A stretch of DNA of 64,000 nucleotides from Euglena gracilis. Taxonomy: Eukaryota. Both the position numbers and the translations under genes were made by a program. Of the stretch, positions 38,262 through 50,565 are shown piece by piece. Position 1 is the stretch's first letter. Each line of letters begins with the position of its first letter. Location of the stretch: NCBI GenBank assembly GCA_039621445.1, contig CP154954.1, forward strand, positions 248,001-312,000, in the 5' to 3' direction. The notes under the pieces were generated by a model, which was given only the letters and a program-made list of their open reading frames with translations, had not been told where the DNA came from and searched no databases.

Positions 38262-41200
38262 CATAATACAATTAAATACGCTATTTACCGCCATATAGAT
38301 CTACATATCAAATTATCATCAACACATAGATAAAACCAGTCAATTCTTAAAATTAGAAGATTGTTTTCTATTCAGTAATTAACACATTTTTTAAGTACAA
38401 CTTACTAAAACTGTATTTTTATTTAAATTTCCTAAACCTTGTTTCGCTAAACCTCTACACAATAGAAATTTATAAAACTAGAATACAAACCGAAAAATAT
38501 TTTTAAAAAACACAACCAAATTGCGACATTCAAGATTTTTCTAGCTCAGATTAGAATTTTCTAAATATTCATTATAAAATTAAATTTTTTTAAAAACAAA
38601 ACTTTTTTTGACACTTACAGAATAATCCCCCACTCCGAATTTTAATTAACAAGCAAACTGAATGACTAAGTATAACTCATTATTACCTATTGCTTTTAAT
38701 TATAAATTAACCCTCCGTTTATTAACTTGATTTCGTTATAGTCTCCAATATAGAAAAAAATTATTACAAAAGGATTGTAGAATAATTGCAGATGTAGCGC
38801 TTATATTACATTCTTGCAATCGTAGAAACGCTTCTACAATAACTATTGAATTTCAACCAAATATATTCTTAAATATTTACAACTTTTCATAATAATTTTA
38901 ACTAGTTTCACAAACACACAATCTTATTATTTATTATAAGGTCGGATCCTACCGTTTGCCCGGCACCTAACCTAAAGACCTAACAATCATCCCATTTAAG
39001 TAAAAATCTCTTACCGAAATCGTTATAATACGCCACATCACTACGACCCTCAAATAAAAGTAAAAAGTCAATTTTACTTGTATATAATTCTAAAATCATG
39101 AACACATAGCAATTTACCGAAGCATTAATATTTTTTGTTTTTTTTGGTGCCTTATCCTTTAGATCTAAATTTATAGAATATACTTTTTTACCAAACTAAA
39201 ATTCATTTAACACAAAACAAAATTAAAAATTTTCTAACATTCCCAAACTTTAACAAAATAAATATTTCAAATTATCCTAAAAATTAGCCAAAATTAAATT
39301 AAAAAATACAATTAAAAATTAAAAATCCTCTTAATAAAATTAGAAATTAAAATTAAAAAACCAATAGTTTTAACATAATTTTAACATGAAATTAGAAAAA
39401 AAGTCACACTATGAAAGGATTAGAGTCCATATAAATTTAAAAAAAATAAAATCTACTAAAATACTGTTTTTAACTAGCCACAACCACCTGATGACCTAAG
39501 GATATAAAGAATATTAAAAGCATTTTTAACCATACATTTAAAAATTAAAATAAAGTTTTATTGTAAAAAAACTTTACAATTTGTTTTTCCACTCAAACAT
39601 TAAAAGTTTAAAATCAAAATTTTTAACTTTTCCATACTGTTTTCAAAAAGTTTTAAAGTTTTAAATAACAATTTATAAATAAATTTTTTCAAAAACTAAA
39701 AACCGAGAAAAACGAATCGAAAATTTTATTAACCAATTTTATTACTTTTTCAATTTGTTAAAAATTTGCTATATAATTTTGTATCTTGAAATTTCAAACC
39801 CTTTGAAAAAAATTTTAACTTTATAACTTTTTAATGTTCCTTCTTAAATAAAACTACGTTATAATCTCATAAATAAAAACTTAATTTCAAAAATCGCACA
39901 CAAAATCAGAAACTAAACAGAGATAGGTCATCATCGACATTGTATAAACTGTACGAAGCCATAATTTTTTGATATATGCCTCTGTTATAAAAATGAAATT
40001 AATTATAAAAACATTTCTTCAAAACGTATTTATATTCTAAAAACAAAATCTTTAATACAACCATCAAAATAAAATTATTTAGCACAAATAAATTACCAAT
40101 AAATTTTACTTTTTAAAAGGACTCTAATATCTAAAATTCTTGTCCTTTTATAAAAATGAAAGCCTAAAATTATGTATACTAAAGAAACTAAACTTATAAA
40201 AAATTTTAAAAGCCCTTTTAATTTTTTTAGTTGCTCTATAGTATAATAACATTTTGCAATCTATTTTTTTAACATTTGAATTTCATATGCAAAGTAAAAA
40301 TTTAAAAAAACCAACATTGATTAACGATTTGGAATAATATTTTCGTAAAATTTACATTCTTCCAATAAATAATTAATAAAGTCAATTATTCTTATATTCT
40401 TAAATATCTTTTAAATCGTCCAATCACACAAGCTATAGCGATGTCGAATTTGCACAGCCCTTTGCATTTCACTGAGCAACATAAAGCCTATCAGAAAAAA
40501 TATTTAAAAAGTAAAATTCTCCTTCGATTAAAAAGTGACATTTTACACTACATATAAAAACATAATACAGCTGTTCAATTGCGCTTCAAATAAAATAATA
40601 AACTTCTAAATAAAGCAAACTAATCCCATTCAATAAATTAAATAATTTCGTTATTTTTAGTTTTATTATTTTACATTTTTTAAAATAACCAAAATTTTTT
40701 TTAACCACACTTTTAAAATCAAAACCACCACGATAGGAAAAAAATTGGTGCTCTATTCTTGATTACTGAACTACCTATAAGGAAACTTCTCTCGATAAAA
40801 AGTAAACTTAACTTAATATGCATTACAATTACAATTCAAAACGAAAGAAAATTAAACAATCTTTGAATGAAATTACCAAACAACGTTCATACACAAATTA
40901 AATAAAACCATTCCACTAATAATTGAATATATGAAAATAACTACCACAAAACCATGAAGAGATAAATGCCAGTCCTCCTATTTGCACCAAAGTAAACGTG
41001 CTAGGACCAGAAACTATAAAAATACTTGTACACAATACTTACATGGTAAATTAATTAAAAATTTTTTATAAAACGATTAAACAACTCAAAAAAAAGTTAA
41101 ATTTTTTCTCAAATTAAAATAATGAAATTTTTATAAAAATTAAAAATAATAAAAAATTCAAACATTCTTATTAAAGTATTTGTAAAAAAACGAAACTTAT

Positions 41201-42602
41201 ACAAATTATTTTTTGAGAGTTCATATATTTAACTACTTCTCTATCATTCTGTTCTATTTAATTGCAATAAAATAAAAATAATACAAATAAATTCTTTAAT
41301 ACTTTTAATTTACATTCTCATAAATTAAAAATTAGACTTTTTCAATAAAAAACATAAAAAATAAAAAAAATATTTTATTTTTTCTTTTAAATTTTTAATA
41401 TTGCAAACTAAAAAAACAAAATTTTAAAATAAGAAAAAAAATTCCTTTTTTCTTTTTTAAAATCTTCAAAAATTAATAAAAAATAATGTAATACTAAAAT
41501 AACATTTTTAAATAACACCACACATAAAAACATTTACGTAAAAATTTATTAACAAAAAAAGAAAATATTTATGAAATTATTAAGTCATAAATAAGTATAT
41601 TGTAACTTTATTAATTAATTAAGTTCATAAAATAAAATTAAAAAATAAAATTTTTTTTAAAGAATCAAATTAAAACTTAAATAAAAAATATTTTAAAAAT
41701 TTAAATTAAAAATAAAAAAATCACTAAAAGGAAAAATTTTAGCAATAAACTACTATTGATATTACAATAAAATCTCCTATATATTAAAAAAACCCTTATA
41801 AATCATGTTATTAATAATTGTATTCTTATACATATTGAAGTACATCTATGAAAATAAATTGCATCCAAAATACTTATAAAATAAACTTCTTCGTGATTTC
41901 AACAATTACCGTCAAGGTTAATATCACTAAAATTTTTAAACAAAAATCTGTAAAAAATAAATTTTGTTATAGAAAATATAAACTATTATAAATCTAAATT
42001 AAACTAAAAAAAAAATTTTATTAAATTTTAATTTGAACATTTATATAAAAACTAATATAATATTTCTTTAAATTTTTATCTTTTTAGAATCAAATTAATT
42101 TTGTAAAATAAATAATAAGTAAAAAAAAAAAAATATTATATTCTATGTTACAATAGTATATTACTTATTAAACAACAACCTTATAATTACCTTTTCTCTA
42201 ATTTAAACACTTTAATAAAATATTAAAACATTTAAAAAATATTTTGTAATATTATAAAATTTATATAAAATTATTTCAACTTTAAGGAAAATTTTAACAA
42301 TTGAACTGCTGCTGTCAAGCATTGCAACCTTAACTATCCTGTGTATAATGAAGTAACAAATGTAATTCCCTAACCATCCACAAGCAAGATAAACAAGGAA
42401 ATAAAACCAACAATAAAAATTTGTCTTTTCAACCAAATTCTGCTACGTCGAACCAACCGTTTTATTTTCAGTATTTAAATCTGTAAAAGTCATAATATTT
42501 TGTAATATAATCTCTAATATTAACTAAAGAGCTAATTTTAGGTATTCCTATATACTAAAAAAGGGAACACAACAAAAATTTGCATATCTATCAATACTAA
42601 AT

Positions 42603-43789
42603 AACGAAAGGCCTGTATTTCCTTTTACTCTATGGACAAGAGATGTGTGGCTAAACACATTGCACATTCAAAACTTAATAAAATAAGTTTAAAATAATTA
42701 TTAAAAATATTATACTACCCTCTACAATTAATAATAAACAAATTGGCAAATAAAATACTGAATTTTCAACACAATTTGTAAATATTTAAAATTTATGGAA
42801 GCAGTTTGGAAACTATAAAATCCAAAAATAAATTTATAAAACTAAAAGGATAACCACGTATAGTTTGAAAACAAATTGTAGTTATGAAATTATCATACTT
42901 AAATTAGATCAAAATAGGGTGTTATGATTAGATAGAGGAACTAAGGTGCTTGATTACTACCACCTATTGTATAGAAAACGACCCATATAATTCTGATCCA
43001 TATGAATTAATGAAAGATAACGTTATAGAAAAAATAAAAAAAACGAAAAAGTATCGATTAACCTATGATTTACCATTAGGTGCAAATGAAGATCGTGTTT
43101 GTGGAAAAATAGAAAAAGAAATATAAGAAGGAAAAAAAGAATTAGAAAATGGTATAATAGAAAAAGAAAATAGAGGAATATTGTAAGTTGATGAAGTTAA
43201 ATTATTAAATGAAATGACGTTTTGATTCCGCTGCTTCAGGATCGAACACGGGATAAAAAGAAGGAGTTTCGATTTGCCATCCTGCAAGATTTATACTAGT
43301 AGGATCAGGAAATCCTGAAGAAGGAGAACTTATACCCCATTACTAGATAGATTCGGAATGCATGCACAAATTAAAACACTAAAGGAACCAGCGCTTCGTG
43401 TAAAAATAGTACAACAACGAGAACTATTTGAAAAAAGCCCTAAAGAGTTCAAAGAAAAATATAAGGAAGAACAAAATAAACTAATGGAAAAAATTATAAA
43501 TGCAAGAAAAAAATTAAAAAACATAATAATAAAATACGAACTTTTAGAAAAAATATCACAAATCTGTTCTGAACTAAATGTTGATGGACTAAGAGGAGAT
43601 ATGGTAACAAGTCGTGCAGCAAAAGCAAAAGCATTAGTAGCATTTGAAGATCGCACAGAAGTAACACCTAAAGACATTTTCACTGTAATTACGCTTTGTT
43701 TACGACATCGATTACGTAAAGACCCTTTAGAATCAATAGATTCGGGATATAAAGTGCAAGAAACCTTTAAAAAAGTGTTCAATTACTAA
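42603..43789 (+). pseudogene. chlI: Mirror copy of chlI; 5' half corrupted, 3' half intact (likely artefactual)
   Basis: ORF 43358-43789 equals the ChlI C-terminus apart from an AKAKA stutter; upstream sequence is a garbled chlI. Confidence 0.85.
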
Positions 43790-43870
43790 AAAATAGCTAA
43801 AACAAGAAAACTAATTTACATTTTCTGAGAAGTATTTCAGAAAATACATTAAAAATGTTAAAAATATTCT

Positions 43871-43949
43871 TCCTTCGTGGTGAAATGGTAAACACGTGTG
43901 ATTCAAAATCACATGCATAAGCTTGCCGGTTCGAGTCCGGTCGAAGGTA
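43871..43949 (+). tRNA. trnL-CAA: tRNA-Leu(CAA), mirror copy
   Basis: Exact reverse complement of 4041-4119. Confidence 0.9.
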
Positions 43950-45815
43950 AAACTCTCGAAATAAAAAACGTTAATAAAAAAGTTGCAATATATATCTAGA
44001 TTAAAATCAACGTCTTTTATTTTGAAAAATGTTAAATTTATAACAAAATTTGAATAATGGAAAGTACCCAAAACGTGATGTCGTAGATTGAAATCTTACA
44101 AAACAATAGTTGATATTGATTTTTTGTTTTTTACATAATTATGTAAAAATTTTATTATTAGTTAAAATAATAATATAGACTTTGAAAAATTATGAAACTA
44201 AAAAGAAAAAGTAAAATGTGAACTAGATTTACTTCTTAAAGACAAACTTATAGGTTTAAGCAAAAAACATTAGAAAAGCTAATTTTGAATTTTAAATTAC
44301 TATTTATGGATAAAAGGAAATTAAATTAATTCAAAATTTTGATTTTTAAAATGAATCTAATTTCAAATCATAAATTCTCTTGCAAAGTAATAATTTTAAT
44401 GACTTGGATTACTTTTGAAACGAACATGATTCACATTGTTTTCAAAATTTTTATTGTTTACTATATTGATGAGTATTGATGAGTTAACAAGATAAAACTA
44501 TCTGGGTGTATAAAAAATATCATAGAATAATAATTGAATAAAAATAAAATATTCTAAAACATATAATTTTCTGGAATTTACAAACTTTATTACAAAAAAG
44601 TGTACAACAGAATTATATATATACAAAAATTTATTTTTAAAAATATATAAATTATAACACTTTTAAAATTTTAATAGCTTCTTGAAAAATTTTAGTGACA
44701 GTAAAAAATAATAAAAACGCGTTTAATACATAATAACTACTATAAAGTATTTATATAGATTATTTTAAATCTTAAATAATCTATTATTATTACCTATTTT
44801 TGAAATAATATTAGTATAAATATACATATTTAGTAATAAACTATTATCACAAATAGTGTAATCATTGTCATTTTCGTAAAATTTTAATTTCCAGCAACAA
44901 GCAAAATTTTGTTTAACAAAGCTTTTTGCCGATTAAACTAATACAAATAATTTACCCACATTTTTGATATAAAGAAGTATTACAAGAAGTACAGATGAAT
45001 AAATCAAAAGTAGTTACAAAATATTATTAATATTTAATACCTTACAATTAATTTTTAGTATTGTATTTATTCATAAAAAATGAGATCGAACTTTTAGAGT
45101 ACAATCATTTAGTCTACCATAATTATATATTAAGTAACTTGAATATGACGTTTCAGAAGAATAATAGCATAAGTGATTACAGGAATAATAATAATAAGTA
45201 AGATAATCTATCATCACGAATAATAATCTAACATTGAATAAGAACAAGAATAATAGAAATTGAGAAAAACTCTATATATATATCTAGACATTTCTGTTTG
45301 TTTCTAAGTAAAATCCTACGAAACATACAATTTTATATTACATTAAATATGTAACTCATGTAAAAATATTGTTAGCTCTAAACATCTTCTATTTTTTCAT
45401 TATATCATTTTTCTGAAAAACCTATCTCTGATAATGAACTGTAATAATTAACTAACACTTATAAACTTTGTTTATCTTGAAATCTTAAACCTTAAAATAT
45501 TATCTTGGAAAGTAAACATCTTTTATCTGGCAGAAATAACCAACCAGTTCTTCCATCCGGACTTGACGTATGGATGGATTATGGATGGATACAACCTGAT
45601 TGAGCAATAGAATCGAATCTAAGCATTTCCTCGGCAATGGGTTCACTTCCTTTTTACCCTTTAAGAAATTACGTATGCATTAGCCACACACATAGCTAAA
45701 TAGAAAGCAGTTTGTGTGGTTCTTTGGATTACAATAAACGTTACGGAATTTAACCATAAAGTACTTAATAATTAATAAATCAGGGTTAATAATCAATTAA
45801 AAATATAAATACAAT

Positions 45816-47007
45816 AATATATATAAGTACATTGGTATATATAGTATATATAATATATATAAGTACATTAATATATATAAGTACATTGGTATATATAGTA
45901 TATATAATATATATAAGTACATTAATATATATAAGTACATTGGTATATATAGTATATATAATATATATAAGTACATTAATATATATAAGTACATTGGTAT
46001 ATATAGTATATATAATATATATAAGTACATTAATATATATAAGTACATTGGTATATATAGTATATATAATATATATAAGTACATTAATATATATAAGTAC
46101 ATTGGTATATATAGTATATATAATATATATAAGTACATTAATATATATAAGTACATTGGTATATATAGTATATATAATATATATAAGTACATTAATATAT
46201 ATAAGTACATTGGTATATATAGTATATATAATATATAAGTACATTAATATATATAAGTACATTGGCATATATAGTATATATAATATATATAAGTACATTA
46301 ATATATATAAGTACATTGGTATATATAGTATATATAATATATATAAGTACATTAATATATATAAGTATATTGGTATATATAGTATATATAATATATATAA
46401 GTACATTAATATATATAAGTACATTGGTATATATAGTATATATAATATATATAAGTACATTAATATATATAAGTACATTGGTATATATAGTATATATAAT
46501 ATATATAAGTACATTAATATATATAAGTACATTGGTATATATAGTATATATAATATATATAAGTACATTAATATATATAAGTACATTGGTATATATAGTA
46601 TATATAATATATATAAGTACATTAATATATATAAGTACATTGGTATATATAGTATATATAATATATAAGTACATTAATATATATAAGTACATTGGTATAT
46701 ATAGTATATATAATATATAAGTACATTAATATATATAAGTACATTGGTATATATAGTATATATAATATATATAAGTACATTAATATATATAAGTACATTG
46801 GTATATATAGTATATATAATATATATAAGTACATTAATATATATAAGTACATTGGTATATATAGTATATATAATATATATAAGTACATTAATATATATAA
46901 GTACATTGGTATATATAGTATATATAATATATATAAGTACATTAATATATATAAGTACATTGGTATATATAGTATATATAAGTACATTGGTATATATAAG
47001 TACATAA
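45816..47007 (-). repeat. VNTR mirror copy, about 22 units of 54 bp
   Basis: Reverse complement of the 54-bp unit, with occasional 2-nt TA slips. Confidence 0.95.
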
Positions 47008-47230
47008 CCCTTGATTCTTGGGTTTTTTGCAAAATTACTTCGGGAATTTTTTGCATTTAACCTACAATGCAATTAAAATATAGTTATTGATATATATTCA
47101 ATGATCTATTTTTTTTTTTTATTTTTTTTAGTTTGATTAAGAATTATTATTTTTTTATTTTTTATGACACATTCATAGAAATAGGTAAAGAAAATTAAAA
47201 GCAAAAAAAACGATTTCTTATATTCATTTT

Positions 47231-48377
47231 ATGATTTTTACGATGTATTTCTTTAGAAATTTTGTTTTTTTACACTCTTTTATGAACTATATAATTAAAG
47301 TAAAATCTATTTTAATTAATCGATATTCGTTGGCTACCTGCAATGCAATTTTATTGTATTTTTTTCAAACAAATTATTATAAAATTTATTTGTTAGTTAA
47401 TACTAGTTTATCTTTTTACAATTTAATTTTTTTCCTTAGGAATTTTCTAAGGATAGTAAAAAAAAAAAACGATCCAAAAGTTTTTCTTTTGGCTTTATTG
47501 ATAATTTCGAAAAATTATATCCAATATGCGCTTTACTGTAATTTTTTGTTTCAAGTTGGTAACAGAACATTAAAAGTAATCAAGTCCGTTGAAATTTCTA
47601 AAAATGAAATTTTGAAAAACGACCCTTCGTTGAAGGCTTTGGAGTTTTGGAAAAAAATTAAAATATTTTATAGTAAGAATTTTATTTCCAAAATTGCCGT
47701 AATTATGGTAATTAGTTTTTCTGGTTATTGCGCATTTAATTTTGCATTTAAATTTTTTGGTGTACTTAAAGAATCTTCAAAAATCTTGGCTTCTTTTTTC
47801 TCTTTTAATCATGATCAAAAAAATGATAATTCTGAAGACAATCGTTCCGAAGATGATTTAAAGTCAAGTCAAGACCCAGTAAAATATTCCTTCTATCGAA
47901 CAAAGTTTCAAAGTTGAAGATTTTTCAATTTTCAATCCTGATTTTTGGTCAACTGATTTTGATAAAATTTTATTGGAAGAGGGTTATGACCTAGAGGGTT
48001 CATTAAGCACTTTATGGTTAACTCCAAGAACATTTATTGTGATGAAAAGGATCGTGCAAACTGGTTTCTATTTAAGTATGTGTGTAGCTAATGCATATGC
48101 AATTGCTGAAACCGTAAAAAGAGGTCAGCCGGTTAGCAATGATATGTTACAATTTAATCCGACTTTGCAAACAGGATTTGTCTACCCATACGGGCAGTCA
48201 ATGTCAGCACCCGGTCAAATACCTGGGGGGAATTTGGGCCGAACGTTTGTTCCTGAAGAAAAAATGTTTACTTCACAAGATCTAGCAGTTTCATCCAACT
48301 GTAATGTGGGGGATGGATTTGTTGAGGTTATAGAAATCCCATTTAATTATTATAAGGATGCATTACCCCCCGAGTAA
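47231..48377 (+). CDS. Unknown plastid ORF; two track ORFs that are probably one frame, with one hydrophobic segment
   Basis: The mirror copy at ~88-103 has one fewer A (GTAAATATT versus GTAAAATATT at ~47880), which fuses 47231-47917 with 47973-48377. The true start is uncertain. Confidence 0.6.
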
Positions 48378-48386
48378 TATTCCTTT

Positions 48387-49297
48387 CTATTTTCGATTTC
48401 AAAGAAAAATATCAATATATTAAATTTTTTATGTATTAAATAACTTGATACATAATTATTAGTAGTCACTACGTTTTTTATACGTAATATTATTTCTTTA
48501 ACACATGGTTTTTTATATAAAAATAGGTCAATTTTTTTTATTATTTTTTTAGAAAAAAAAAAATGCTTTGTAGACTATGTGGTAACTACATTTCAGTATC
48601 GTAATTAGTACGACAGCTCGAATTTGGGTTTTGTAATTTTTTTTTTTTATTTTTTTTTTTTTTTGCAAATAGGGGGGGTTGTTCTAAAATTCGGTGATTT
48701 TATTTATGGGAGATTTTTATGCATTCAATAGTGCCGGGTAAAAATTGGCATGTTTTTATTAAGACAGGATTCGGTAGTTTTGAGGATTTTAACTTATTAT
48801 TCATCAAAAAAAGCAATTTCTTACATTTTATTTATGATTTTTAGGATGTATTTATTCAGAAAATTTATTTTTTTCTTTAAGCAAAACTGTGTTATTTTTT
48901 TTGCTTATATATTTTTCCTTGATTCCAGAGTTCTTGCAATTTACTTCGGGATTTTTTAAAATTTAACCTACAACGAAATTGTAGTTAAGATATATTTTAA
49001 TGATCTATTTTTTTATATTTTTTAAAAAGTTGTTATTTGTTATTATTTTTTTTTTCAATTAAGATTTTTATATTTTTCACACTCATTTTTTTTAAAAAAA
49101 ATTATTATTATAGAAAAAAAAAATCCTTAATTGGTAACGTTGTGATTATGTTACTTCATCGTAGTGGGTCGCAAGTTCGAATTGAAGGTTTGCAATTTTT
49201 TTTTTCATTTTTTTTTTTTTTTGCATAATGGAGATATGGGAGTTTGAGGTTTTCAAAAAATGATTTATTTTTTTATTTATGGGAGATTTTATTATGT
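48387..49297 (+). repeat. ~910-bp direct repeat, copy 1
   Basis: Near-identical to 49654-50565; ends in ATGGGAGATTTTATTATGT. Confidence 0.93.
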
Positions 49298-49626
49298 TTT
49301 ATTTTATGTGCTCAATGGTTCCCGAAAGGGATTATCAAAAATTAATGGAAGATAAAAAGGAATTAGAAAGAAATGATTATCCTATTTTTAATGAAAAAAA
49401 ACCTAATGATCAACTTTTTAGTTGGGAAGATGTTGTTCTGAGAAACGAAATTGCTGAAAAACGTCGCAGAAAACAGTATGGCGAATCATATGAATATGAT
49501 TCTAAGCAAAGAGAAAAGCAATTTTATGAGTTTATTGAAAAATTTCTTGAGGAAAAAGGAGTTGAGTTACCGCGTAACTTATACACAGATAATACTATTA
49601 TAGAAATGCAAAAAACGGAGGAGTAA
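49279..49626 (+). CDS. 115-aa charged ORF, an internally deleted paralogue of the 351-aa ORF
   Basis: Shares the MGDFIM..SMVP start and a KKELE.ND...NDQ block with 50547-51602. Confidence 0.55.
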   Translation: MGDFIMFYFMCSMVPERDYQKLMEDKKELERNDYPIFNEKKPNDQLFSWEDVVLRNEIAEKRRRKQYGESYEYDSKQREKQFYEFIEKFLEEKGVELPRNLYTDNTIIEMQKTEE

Positions 49627-49653
49627 AAAAATTACCTCTGATGTCAATACATA

Positions 49654-50565
49654 CTATTTTCGATTTCAAAGAAAAATATCAATATATTAAATTTTTTATG
49701 TATTAAATAACTTGATACATAATTATTAGTAGTCACTACGTTTTTTATACGTAATATTATTTCCTTAACACATGGTTTTTTATATAAAAATAGGTCAATT
49801 TTTTTATTATTTTTTTAAAAAAAAAAAAATGCTTTGTAGACTATGTGGTAACTACATTTCAGTATCGTAATTAGTACGACAGCTCGAATTTGGGTTTTGC
49901 AATTTTTTTTTTCATTTTTTTTTTTTTTTTTGCAAATAGGGGGGGGTTGTTCTAAAATTCGGTGATTTTATTTATGGGAGATTTTTATGCATTCAATAGT
50001 GCCGGGTAAAAATTGGCATGTTTTTATTAAGACAGGATTCGGTAGTTTTGAGGATTTTAACTTATTATTCATCAAAAAAAGCAATTTCTTACATTTTATT
50101 TATGATTTTTAGGATGTATTTATTCAGAAAATTTATTTTTTTCTTTAAGCAAAACTGTGTTATTTTTTTTGCTTATATATTTTTCCTTGATTCCAGAGTT
50201 CTTGCAATTTACTTCGGGATTTTTTAAAATTTAACCTACAACGAAATTGTAGTTAAGATATATTTTAATGATCTATTTTTTTATATTTTTTAAAAATTTT
50301 TTATTTTTTATTATTTTTTTTTTCAATTAAGATTTTTATATTTTTCACACTCATTTTTTTTTAAAAAAATTATTATTATAGAAAAAAAATCCTTAATTGG
50401 TAACGTTGTGATTATGTTACTTCATCGTAGTGGGTCGCAAGTTCGAATTGAAGGTTTGCAAATTTTTTTTTTCATTTTTTTTTTTTTTTTGCATAATGGA
50501 GATATGGAAGTTTGAGGTTTTCAAAAAATGATTTATTTTTTTATTTATGGGAGATTTTATTATGT
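49654..50565 (+). repeat. ~910-bp direct repeat, copy 2
   Basis: Near-identical to 48387-49297. Confidence 0.93.

Larger units (their letters stand above)
38262..47978 (-). repeat. Inverted copy of positions ~11300 to 1 (fold-back)
   Basis: Position 1 pairs with 47978, chlI stop 4201 with 43789, psbD ATG 5718 with 42493, and ~11295 with ~38262. Deletion-rich before ~43250 and near-identical after. Confidence 0.95.

Noticed and set aside
34001-38333. Very long Phe-rich and Lys-rich ORFs (also 14392-15912)
   Set aside because: Products of poly-T/TC noise that lacks stop codons.
43615-43635. AKAKA insertion in the second chlI copy
   Set aside because: A 6-nt stutter in the artefactual mirror arm.
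48484-48492. Geminivirus nonanucleotide TAATATTAC on the minus strand (also 49751-49759)
   Set aside because: No flanking stem. The same 9-mer occurs in unrelated AT-rich introns (e.g. ~6583 and ~17120), so chance explains it.
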